Below are positions 26,582-37,433 of a stretch of 64,000 nucleotides of DNA, piece by piece. The stretch's first letter is position 1; each line of letters starts with the position of its first letter. Below the pieces are notes generated by a model. That model searched no databases. It saw only the letters and a program-made list of their open reading frames with translations, and was not told the DNA's origin. The position numbers and the translations under genes were made by a program. This stretch comes from Macrostomum hystrix (taxonomy: Eukaryota > Animalia > Platyhelminthes): contig CATNEN010000038.1 of the NCBI GenBank assembly GCA_950097015.1, positions 10,602,001 to 10,666,000 on the forward strand, in the 5' to 3' direction.

Positions 26582-27653
26582 GGTCAATATTCCTGTTTCA
26601 TTCGTTAAATTATTTTTCATTTGAAAAACGTACGTCGCAACAAGAAGCTCAATGAAAACGATGAAGGTGTTAAACGTCAAACATGTCTGTTTAGAGAGGG
26701 TGGACAATGCAGACAATCCTCGAGAAGAGTATGTTGCCAAATTATGCCTATGTGGGTGCCAGAGACGCCAGAATTCCTCGAGATGCGGCTCAAATAGGGC
26801 CTTGCTTGTTCTGTATATCACTCGGAACTTTCCCTTACAGTGCGCCCACATTCCCTCAATGAGGTTTGTGTGCACAGATTGGATCTTAAAGATTTTAGAC
26901 ATTAGACTGCAATTGGCCCTCCCCTGTTTTGCTTCTGTAGCCCAACACCAGATGAGATCCAGTAGCAGATGCAGCATGAAATTTGGAATGGCTTCAAAAA
27001 AGGAGCCTTTCCAAATTTACACCTGGGCATGACAGTTGGTGCATGCCCAGGTAGGCCTAAGCCTAGGCCTATCCACAAATTGGTTGCCCATAGGCCTACA
27101 CTGCTGCATACGCATTGCTGGTGCCACCTCCAGGGCATGATTGTCAAGCATGACCGCTGGTTTGCAATAAGATAGTAGACCTATGCTGCCAACCAGCTGA
27201 TGTCCCAAGGTGTTGCTGTGATGTTGGCAAACTCCCACATAGTGAAGTTAATATTGCATAGCTCCAATGCAGGGTGCATTTGCCTAGGGGGCACAATAAA
27301 TGTTGGTGCTGCTGGACAACCAGCCATGTATTTACTAGCTAAATGCAATGCAGTTGCAATCTGAGCCAACTGAGTTAGATATCTTAGGGGCCTAAAAGTT
27401 ATTTACTCCTACCCCTTAGCCCCCTAGTTTTGCCAATATGTATATGTATTATCTGCCTGAAAGTGCCAGATGTATAGGCCTACTCCCAAGTTGCCATTCA
27501 CAATTTCACTTGGCACAATTTCAATATTTGTTTTTTCTGAGTGTTTGAAGATTTCAGTGACCTAAACTGTGATCAGTTTTCATTGGTTCTTGTTGCAATG
27601 TTCATTTTTTCAAATGAAAAAAATAATTTAACAAACAAAAAGGGAAAATTGCC
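26582..27653 (-). mobile_element. Decayed, internally deleted Merlin (IS1595/IS1016-like) DNA transposon
   Basis: Minus-strand remnants WACTNCHAQV*IWKGSFFE...LLLDLIWCWA and VHTNLIEGMWAHCK...HLEEFWR match Merlin transposase N- and C-terminal motifs; imperfect ~80-bp TIRs starting GG(T)CAAT at 26582 and ending ATTGCC at 27653; no clean TSD. Confidence 0.72.
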
Positions 27654-29820
27654 TTACTTTCTTTGTAGGCCTAACACTATAACAAGTGTCTTGCCTGAGC
27701 CAGTCAACTAGGCCTACTGCTACTACTGCTACTATTGCTACTATGTATACATGTTCAGTTTTTTAGTTTTTAAGCTTAATTTGATCTTGAGTCCAATAAT
27801 CAAATCTTATTTAAAAATGAAAATTTCAACATGCATGTGCAATTATGATAAAGTAAAGAATATCTTTTTATAATCTAATTAACCTACAAAAATTTATAAA
27901 AATAATTTTAAGCATTATTTAGTGCATTTGTTCACTTGTAGTTAATTAAGAAATCTTACCCTGTTCCTATTACTTGCACTGTTTAATTGGTCAAATATTG
28001 GCCTGATTGGCACAATAAATATATAATGTAATTAACAATTTTTTAGCTGTGGCTGTATTATATCATACATCAGGCTAGAAACATTTTTCATTTTGTGCCC
28101 TTGTACAGTAGGCTACACCCCCATTGGAATAAGTGGACAAATGAGGTCTAGGCAATGTTTCATTTTGTTTTGGCCTAATGTAATTATTATTCCTTTTTAA
28201 ATTGCACCCCTCATCTTAGAATATCCATGCATGACTAAATGAACAAAGAACAAAAAGTAGCAGCAAGTGAAAATAGTCATTTGGTCAGTCATTGAGAAGA
28301 AAATCATGGTGGGTAGTAATGCATGGCACCAAACATGTTCTTTGGATAGAGTTGATAGTACTTGATGCCACATCCCCAGCTCCAAGATGCAAAGCCTGCA
28401 TATGTCTATGGTTCTTAATCCCTTCAAATTCACATCAGCACTTAAAACCTTGCAAGCTACATCAGCATATGTATGTGACCCTTGCCATGTCATATTATAC
28501 ATCACCATCATCATGTGAGTTTGAATCAGTTAGAAAAATAATTAGGCAAAACAAATTAAAAGATTGCCACAGTCTGACTATCAATGGAATTTTTTTCTGC
28601 TATCCTATCACAGTAGAGTGAAGACAGGTTGTGTTGTGTCACAGCAAGTTGTGGTAGAGCCAGGATATTTAATGACATTTTGGGGTTGATAAAAGGTTAA
28701 TATATTCTCTGTCATGTTGTATTTTGAGTTCAATATAATGACTTATTTTTCATAAGTCATTATGGCTCTCATTCATGACTTATTTTTCCCTTGTCTACGA
28801 CTGTTTTCCTCAAAAGAGAAGAAAGACAGAGAGAAGAAGAAAAGAAGCAAAACAGAGGGTAAAAGAGAATTAATTCAGAGAGTAGAAAAGAAAAGTAAGA
28901 AAATCGTGAAGTAGAAAACACGGAAAAGAAATATTGCAAGAGAAACAAAGAGAAGACAAGCAGAGAAAGTAAAAGAGGCAGAAGAAAATGAAGAGAAGAA
29001 AAATAGAGGGAGAGTTAAAGAGAAAGATATTTATTACAAGTTCATCAGATATTTTCTCTTGCATTTAAAGTCCAAATGTCTGACTATGGCTATAGCCCCT
29101 GAAATCAGATAAATTGACAGTAAACCAAATCCAATCCAAAATGTTTGGATACATCTAGGTATCTACTACATGAGCAAGACAATGGAATGGCTAGAGCCTA
29201 TAGTCAGTACAATGTTTATGGCCAAAACCAATTGCCAGTAACTTCTAGAATAACTGCCATGCCAATTTTTACCAATGGCATAGTTAATGTTGTTTTGGAA
29301 ATGATCACACTAGCATATTCAATCACTTCATAGATAGTTGTGATGTGCTATATATATGGTTATACATGGTTTGTCTGGTTAAGAGAATGCTTCTAATAAA
29401 GTAGCCAAAAAATCAAAAATTTTTGCCTTCACCCCACTTGCTGTTTGTAAAAGGGTAGGAAGGGATAATTATTTTCACAAAGTATGGCTCAGACTGTGTA
29501 AAATCCTGCCAATATAATTACAGCCTTTTAAACTAAATACAGTTAAAATTCTAGACATTGCTTCCAGTAGACACTATTGGCCATATAGTGTAAATAATAG
29601 TTTGTCTGTTGGGGTTTCGGGTCATTATTAGCTTGTGGACTTGTTCCTTATTACATCTGTCCTAACTTTTTAATCACATAGCATGGCTTCAATAGCATGA
29701 AAAGCCCCCAAGCCTTCACTCTGTGGCTGCAGGCCCAAATTAACATGAACTTACAATGGACTTAAGTACTATAGGCAAACACATTAGTTGATCTGCAAAG
29801 TTAAATAATGTTTTTCAGTG

Positions 29821-32800
29821 ATGAACCGCCTTTTGTCTTCTGTAATGCGCGGTGTTGGCCGTAAGCGCCGACGCGACCATTCAATTGGCGCCGGTGACAG
29901 CAGTGACGATGATCCTCAACTGGACCCGGACTTCGACCCGCATTCAGACGAATCTCGGCACGCTGAGTCATCGAAAAATAGAACTAAATTCAAACGAATC
30001 AAGACTGCTAAAACAAAGAGTAAAATAAATGAAAGAGCGTCCAATGGAACAAAGTCGAATGGTTCCCACAGTGGTAGAAAGAGTAGGGGAACATCAAAAT
30101 CAAAGAAAACTTTATCCGTTGTTCATGCCCCTGAGAAGTCTTCTGTTAATCTGGACACCTTGCCAACAGACGTACTAATTAGAATAGTGGAATTGGCCGC
30201 CTGTCATACTGGCATCCTCAGTCTAGCCGGCACTCTGTCACAGGTGTGTAGCCGATTTCGTCATTTCTTTAGCGTTGAATCGTACAGCTACTCGTCTGTT
30301 CTGTGGAGTGGCGCTGATTTGTCCCGACTCAGCCGGCGACTCACCGTAGCCCAGCTGCACTCGGTGGCTCTGCCTCGCTTTCCCAGCCTCAGGGCGCTTA
30401 ACCTGGAGGGCTGGTCGGCCCTGCGCGATAAAGACATTGAAACTGTCTGCCAAACCTATGGCGACACGCTTCGCGAGGTGCGTCACTCTGTCAACCTTTT
30501 CTCATCCTTTTTTCGACTGCTTTATTCTGCTCTTTTATCTTTTTTTCTTTTAACTATACTCCCTTCATCTCCCCTACTTTGTTCCCTTTATCTCCCTTAG
30601 TTTACTCCCTTTATCTCCCTTAGTTTACTCCCTTCATCTCCCTTAGTTTATTCCCTTCATCTCCCTGAATTTCTTCACTTTATCTCCCTGAGTTTCTTCA
30701 CTTTATCTCCCTGAGTTTCTTCACGTCATCTCCCTGAATTTCTTCGCTTTATCTCCCTGAGTTTCTTCACTTCATCTCCCTGAGTTTCTTCACGTCATCT
30801 CCCTGAGTTTCTTCGCTTCATCTCCCTGAGTTTCTTCACGTCATCTCCCTGAGTTTCTTCGCTTCATCTCCCTGAGTTTCTTCGCTTCATCTCCCTGAGT
30901 TTCTTCACGTCATCTCCCTGAGTTTCTTCGCTTCATCTCCCTGAGTTTCTTCACGTCATCTCCCTGAGTTTCTTCGCTTCATCTCCCTGAGTTTCTTCAC
31001 GTCATCTCCCTGAGTTTCTTCGCTTCATCTCCCTGAGTTTCTTCACGTCATCTCCCTGAGTTTCTTCGCTTCATCTCCCTGAGTTTCTTCGCTTCATCTC
31101 CCTGAGTTTCTTCACGTCATCTCCCTGAGTTTCTTCACGTCATCTCCCTGAGTTTCTTCGCTTCATCTCCCTGAGTTTCTTCGCTTCATCTCCCTGAGTT
31201 TCTTCACGTCATCTCCCTGAGTTTCTTCGCTTCATCTCCCTGAGTTTCTTCGCTTATCTCCCTGAGTTTCTTCGCTTATCTCCCTGAGTTTCTTCGCTTA
31301 TCTCCCTGAGTTTCTCCGCTTATCTCCCTGAGTTTCTTCGCTTATCTCCCTGAGTTTCTTCGCTTATCTCCCTGAGTTTCTTCGCTTATCTCCCTGAGTT
31401 TCTTCGCTTATCTCCCTGAGTTTCTTCGCTTATCTCCCTGAGTTTCTTCGCTTATCTCCCTGAGTTTCTTCGCTTATCTCCCTGAGTTTCTTCGCTTATC
31501 TCCCTGAGTTTCTTCGCTTATCTCCCTGAGTTTCTTCGCTTATCTCCCTGAGTTTCTTCGCTTATCTCCCTGAGTTTATCTCTTCCAATTTTCCTCCTTT
31601 CTCTTCTTTTACCGCCCTCGCACGCAGTTTTCACAACTCCCCAAGCCAGATATCCCTGGCCGGCTCCGACCATCTGTCTGCCCGGTCCATATCGGCCCTG
31701 ACCGAGCGCTGCCGCCGCCTCACTAGCCTGTCGCTTTGCCGGCTGCCGCATCGGCTAGGCCATGGCCAGCTGCTCGGCCAGCTAATCCAACGCCACGCTG
31801 GCACCCTCTGCCAGCTCACCATTGACAGTCTGCAAGGCGAGATTGTCGGCTTCGGTGTCCTACTTAACAGTCTCGCCGGTGGCTCCTCCCTGCCCGCCTT
31901 GCGTCGCCTTCGCTTAGCCAATCTGCGAGCCAGCAGTCGGCGCCACGCCGCCTTGAACACCTCGTCGCTGTCGGCTAGCGCCCCGAATCTTCTTGAACTG
32001 GAGCTTGTCAATCTGCCGCTAATTGACGATTTGAATTTTTTCTGGCCAGAGAGCCAATTGGCCCAACTGCGACACCTTCTCGTTCAGGTGCGTTGCTGTC
32101 AACTGAAAACGCATTTTAAGATTATACCATTGTAAATCCAGTTCAATATCTAGCAGTTTCACCAGAATCAGTTTGACCTGTTCTTTATGATCTACTTATA
32201 TTAGTCGGAAGGTGGTCAGTGGCAAAGCGGTATAACGCGTTTAACTCTCGCATTAAGGTCCCTGAGCTCGATTCCGCGGTGAGGCCACATTCCTTTTGGG
32301 CGCAGCCGCGCAGACAATGCTTGGGGCTTGTCGTGTAGTTTAAGCCCTTGAGGGCCAATCTCCAAGGCACAGTGAGAGTGTACACTGCCTGACGATGAGA
32401 AAGTCAGGGCAGATGTACACACCTGTATGAGCTTATGCCTTTGTAAGGTATCTGTCCTTGTGTGCTCAGGAGTCAACGAAATCAGCAGAATTGGGCGAAA
32501 TGCGCCAAATTATTATTTTTGTTATATTATATTAGTCTCTTGTGGCTGTAGCTATGCGGTTACAGCATCGTTTCTGCTTTTTGCAAGCCACTTTGCAAGG
32601 CTCTGCATTGCTTCATCAAATAAATCAATTATTAATGATCTACTTATAGTAGTAGGATAGTCTCCTGCCGTTCTGCATTCTGCTATGATAATCGAAAGTT
32701 CCCAATTGTAGGAGCTGCCCAATCTTAGTCGGCTGACCGTCAGCTCGGCCGCGCTGCCCCGCCTAACCAGCCTGTGCGTCATTGCGGCAGATTTCAATCT

Positions 32801-33687
32801 AGTAGACGACTTTGCGCTGCGCATTTATGACCTCGCCGATGACGTCACTGAATCTCGCAGAGGATTTCGCGGACTAGAACGCCTCGTAGTGGCTCACTGC
32901 ACCAACGCTGACGAGGCAAGCACACTGGCTCCGCTGCTGTCTATGGCCGAGGCCGGCCAGCTAACCAGACTGGAGGAAGTGGACTTCACCGGCTCCCCAG
33001 TGGTTGGCTCACCAGACAGCACGGGTCGCCTCATTGCGGCACTGGCTGCGCTGCCTAAACTGCGGCGGCTCAACCTCACAGGCACTGCGGCCAGGCTGCG
33101 CGATGTCAGGTGCGAATTCGACTGCCGTCACAAAGTGGGATAAGATCTGCCTGTCCCAGATCCTCAATATGGGATAGGACTCTAATTTTTCTATTCCAGA
33201 GCTACGTATATGCCGTTTGGGATCCAAGTAATCGTTCTTCTTTTCGTTGGGATTTTTGTTTTGGTCCCTTAATTGGCAAAAATTGCACAACAAACCCTCA
33301 AGCCTTCTCTCCGCGGCGGCGCCCAAAATTAATGTGGCTTTGCCGCGGATTCGAGCTCAGGGACCTTGGTGCGAACGCCAATTCCCAATGGTATTTTACT
33401 TTAGCCATCGTAAATCATCATTACTTACAAGTGATGAAAAAACAAGTAAGCTTTTAACTGTCCTCATATTTTTTATCTATTACCTTCCTGACAAAACTGT
33501 AAATGACAATTTTCTAACGATTTCCCCATCCCAATTCAGGCTAATCGCTTCCTCTTCCAAGTCGCTCTTCGAGCTGAACCTGACCTCGTGCAAGTCACTG
33601 CCGCGCGGATTCAAACAGCTTCTGCCTTCGCGAGACAGCATTGAAGCTTGGCTAGCTAGAGAGGAGCCTGTTACCGACTCAGACTGA
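29821..33687 (+). CDS. FBXL6: F-box/leucine-rich repeat protein, FBXL6-like, 4 exons (29821-30477, 31650-32087, 32712-33109, 33540-33687)
   Basis: F-box LDTLPTDVLIRIVEL...LSQVCSRFR...LWSGADLS; LRRs (LRALNLEGW, LTSLSL, LEEVDFTG, LRRLNLTGT); C-terminal LNLTSCKSLPRGFK resembles FBXL6; all introns GT-AG with compatible phases. Confidence 0.8.
30590..31575. repeat. Pyrimidine-rich minisatellite, 22/21-bp unit TCTCCCTGAGTTTCTTCGCTT(C)A, filling FBXL6 intron 1
   Basis: Tandem periodicity; 22-mers give way to homogeneous 21-mers at ~31250. Confidence 0.95.
32207..32520 (+). mobile_element. SINE family A (FBXL6 intron 2)
   Basis: Homologous to 14647-14985 and 42490-42855; ATT-rich tail. Confidence 0.85.
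33283..33380 (-). mobile_element. SINE family A, 5' fragment (FBXL6 intron 3)
   Basis: AAGCCTTCTCTCCGCGGCGGCGCCCAAAATTAATGTGGC...TCGAGCTCAGGGACCTTGGTGCG is the reverse complement of the family A head. Confidence 0.75.
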
Positions 33688-34215
33688 TGGAACTCTGGAA
33701 CTAGCACTAGAACTATTGTTTATGAACAATTTCACTGATGGAACTCTGGAACTAGCACTAGAACTATTGTTTATGAACAATTTCACTGATGGAACTCTGG
33801 AACTAGCACTAGAACTATTGTTTATGAACAATTTGACTGATGGAACTCTTAAACTAGCACTAGAACTGTTGTTTATGAACAATTTGACTGAGGGAACTCT
33901 GGAACTAGCACTAGAACTGTTGTTTATGAACAATTTGACTGAGGGAACTCTGGAACTAGCACTAGAACTATTGTTTATGAACAATTTGACTGATGGAACT
34001 CTGGAACTAGCACTAGAACTATTTTTGTGAACAATTTGACTGATGGAACTCTGGAACTAGCACTAGAACTATTGTTTATGAACAATTTCACTGATGGAAC
34101 TCTTAAACTAGCACTAGAACTGTTGTTTATGAACAATTTGACTGAGGGAACTCTGGAACTAGCACTAGAACTATTGTTTATGAACAATTTCACTGATGGA
34201 ACTCATAAACTAGAA
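33683..34215. repeat. Minisatellite, 51-bp unit, beginning at the FBXL6 stop codon (3'UTR)
   Basis: About 10 copies of ACTGATGGAACTCTGGAACTAGCACTAGAACTATTGTTTATGAACAATTTC/G. Confidence 0.95.
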
Positions 34216-34599
34216 TGAGAACTTCTCAACTCAGAATAAAGTCTTACTAATCTTAGGGACTAGAACTGTTAGACACTATAACTATGACGTCATATCTTCG
34301 TCTGTGAGTGATCTCCTACTTAATCAGTTTGTCTGTCTGATAATATGTACATATGTATACGTATATGTAGTGCTCTATGTAAATCCACTGTTTTATTGCT
34401 CTCTCTATTAGATTTTTATACAATTCATCTTTCTTGTTTGCAACTGTATTAATAAATCAACATTCTGTTTTATTCCGGTTAAGAGTTAAGACAATGAAAT
34501 GTTTTTAAGCAACCCGAGTTATCTTGTCTGTTGCAACAAGCAATTATAAAATGACACCTAGCCCAGTTAGACTGGATGTACAGTAAATATACATCGCTA

Positions 34600-34706
34600 G
34601 TGATGAGTTTTACAGCTGTATTGAAATTAAGCTCTAGGGAATTAAGTTGGCATTCGAACTCCCGACCTTTTGTTCAGAAGTTCAAAGCTCTAATCACTAA
34701 TCGACA
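34600..34706 (-). mobile_element. Degenerate tRNA-headed SINE fragment (family B-like)
   Basis: Reverse complement reads TAGTGATTAGAGC...GGTCGGGAGTTCGAATGCC followed by CAGCTGTAAAA. Confidence 0.45.
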
Positions 34707-34734
34707 ATCTCCATGTTGCTAAAATATCTGCTTG

Positions 34735-35092
34735 GGGGGCGGTGGCAGAGCGGTTAACGCGTCTCTGAGTTCGATTCCGCAGCGAGGCCACACATTGATT
34801 TGGAGCGCAGCCGCGGAGAGAAGGCTTGGGGGCTTGTCGTGCAATTTACAATTTAGATAGGCCCAACCAAGGCACAGTTAAGTGTACACTGCCGGATGAT
34901 CAGAGAGTCCGTGCAGTTGTACACACCTATGTCAGTTTGTGCCTGCGTACGGTATCTTTGTATCTATGTGCGTGTGCTCAGGGGTCAGCGAGATGGGCAG
35001 AATTGCCTCCTGGCTGGCTGCGGGTCTAGTGTCACCAAATGATGTGCCATTGCCCGCAGTCCTCCTGCAATTATTATTCTTATTATTATTAT
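34735..35092 (+). mobile_element. SINE family A, ending ~55 bp upstream of the HINT acceptor
   Basis: GGTGGCAGAGCGG and GAGTTCGATTCC boxes, family A body, (ATT)n tail. Confidence 0.85.
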
Positions 35093-35236
35093 ACGATTGC
35101 TGCTAAAGACAGGATAAGCTGAAAGTAACGAAAACTTCTCCCGCAGCTTCTGTCTCGTTCGCTAATTTTAACAGCCATTCGTTGGCAACCAGCACAGCGT
35201 CTTCTAATAGCAGCAATAACAGGCAGCAGCAGAGGC

Positions 35237-35635
35237 ATGTCAGACGAGGTGACGAAAGCTCGCGAGGCTGCCGAAGCAGCCTATGAGGACCTGAAGAAGC
35301 CGACCATATTCAGCAAGATCGTTAGCAAAGACATCCCAGCCAAGGTGCTGTTCGAAGACGACCGAGTCATGGCCTTCTCGGACGTTAATCCCCAGGCTCC
35401 GGTGCACTTTCTAGTGATTCCCAAGGTGCAAATTCCCATGCTGGAGTTCGCTAAAGAGCAGGACGAATCACTTCTTGGCCACCTCATCCTGACAGCTCGC
35501 CGAGTTGCTGCCGAGCAGGGCTTGAAGGACGGCTACAGGCTGGTGATTAACAATGGCAAAGACGGTGCTCAGAGTGTGTTTCACATTCATGTTCACGTCA
35601 TGGGCGGCAGGCAGATGGGCTGGCCGCCTGGTTAA
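35237..35635 (+). CDS. HINT: Histidine triad nucleotide-binding protein (HINT1/HINT2-like), single coding exon; possible 30-codon N-terminal extension from 35147
   Basis: [53 protein letters not shown] (HIT motif HxHxH). Confidence 0.96.
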   Translation: MSDEVTKAREAAEAAYEDLKKPTIFSKIVSKDIPAKVLFEDDRVMAFSDVNPQAPVHFLVIPKVQIPMLEFAKEQDESLLGHLILTARRVAAEQGLKDGYRLVINNGKDGAQSVFHIHVHVMGGRQMGWPPG

Positions 35636-35929
35636 CCATTACGTAACAGTCAAGCTGATTGGTTCGATACGCGCCTGTTTGACAGGAAGATAGTACTTCA
35701 AAAGTACATTATAAGGCGAACTTTAGCATTAGTTGTTGGCTAGGATATTTTGTTTGCCATTATAATATAATAAACACTTTTAAGTTATGTAGACCAAATG
35801 AAGTTTATTAAAATAAATATCTATAACTTAAAATTTAAGCAACATCATTGGCTGAAATCTTTGTCAAACGAGCTAAATCGATTACTTCTTTAGTGTTGGT
35901 TTTTCATTAAATATTCTTATAAAGTAGGA

Positions 35930-36072
35930 GGCAATTCTGCGCATTCCCCTGACTGCTGAGCACACGCACACAGGGGTGTGTACATTTGCCTTGAATTTCA
36001 CTGTCACATAAATATGACCTCACCGCGGAATCGAGCTCAGGGACATTTGTGCGAGAGGCAAATGCCTTAGAC
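35930..36072 (-). mobile_element. SINE family A, internally deleted copy
   Basis: GGAGGCAATTCTGC...CTGAGCACACGCACACAGG...CCGCGGAATCGAGCTCAGGGAC is the reverse complement of family A. Confidence 0.7.
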
Positions 36073-37433
36073 AGCTAATGTTAAGTCATCTACTTAGCCC
36101 GCTATGAGTTGTATGATCGAAAACTGATCTTCGGTCCATTGCATATCTTGCATTTGTTGGTTATAGTGATTGGTTATATAGTTGGTTATACGATTATGTG
36201 AATGTTTTTATCACTATAATCGTACATTTAAATCGCATGGCTTGTATAGTATGTAGGATACGAGAAGATACATATTGGTGTACTCATGAACGCAAGTTTA
36301 TGCATACATGCAAACGGAAGCGGCTAGCTGCTTGCAAATGGAACTTATCTGATACAAAGATGTCCATCACTAACATAACTAAAATAAATTTACTCTTACT
36401 GCGCTTTTCGTTTTTGAGACTTAGATTTTTTAGGCTTATAGTGCATGAATACTCAGGTTAAAGTTAAAAAGTAATGACATTTTACTTATAATTTTAATGT
36501 ACATTACGTCAGTTTTGTATAACACTAATACCGGGCTTATAACAGATAACAGTTATAACAAATGATAATAAAATACATTTAACTGAGTGGCTTTATTTGA
36601 ATAAACTTATGTATTATGGTGTCATAACATTTTTATAATAAAAACTATTGAATATTTCTATAGCATTTACATTTGAGTTTTTCTTTACCTTAGAGCTAAA
36701 TTCAGTTTGTTAATTAATTTCTATATTTCATATACAAGACTAAACTTATCCACCGTTACATGTGATGCGCGCTAACGAGGAAAAATCTACGTAATGGCTA
36801 GAAGTTTGGTCACATTTTTATATAAGAGGCTTTGAAATTTCCCTGAACCGTGGTGATTTTAACTTTTACATTTTTGTCATTTAAATATTTAAACTTATAA
36901 TATCGAAGTCGATATAAGATAATAAGACGATAGAAACTAAACTTGTGATGCAAAACTTTTATGTACAAGTCTTTAGTCTAGTAATTAAAATATATATATA
37001 ATTGTGTATCTATTCTACACATTAAGCTAAAAGCTTTCATAATTTTCAGTAGGTCGAGAGTTTTAGTTTGTCTGAGCTGCTAGCTGTATTAGCAAGAATA
37101 CAATTATTTTAATAGTAATTTTTATTTGTGATTTTCTATTGTTTATTGAAAGAAGAGTGCATATATTTTATTAAAAATTTCTTTTAAAATGCGTTTTCTT
37201 CGTCTGTTTTTATATGTTTAAAATATTTAAATACCTATACTTCATTTTAATACTTACATATTAACTACATTACAAAACGTCAAAATCTGACAGGCAAAAT
37301 AATTGCAGTGGAAAACCGATGGTAAAATGACATCTAAATACTACTTGATCTAGTTAATTTTTCAGCATTTTTTTATTTCCCTCTTAATGAAACATTTCAG
37401 TTTCGTTAGAATCCAAAACAGAGGAAGCGAAGC

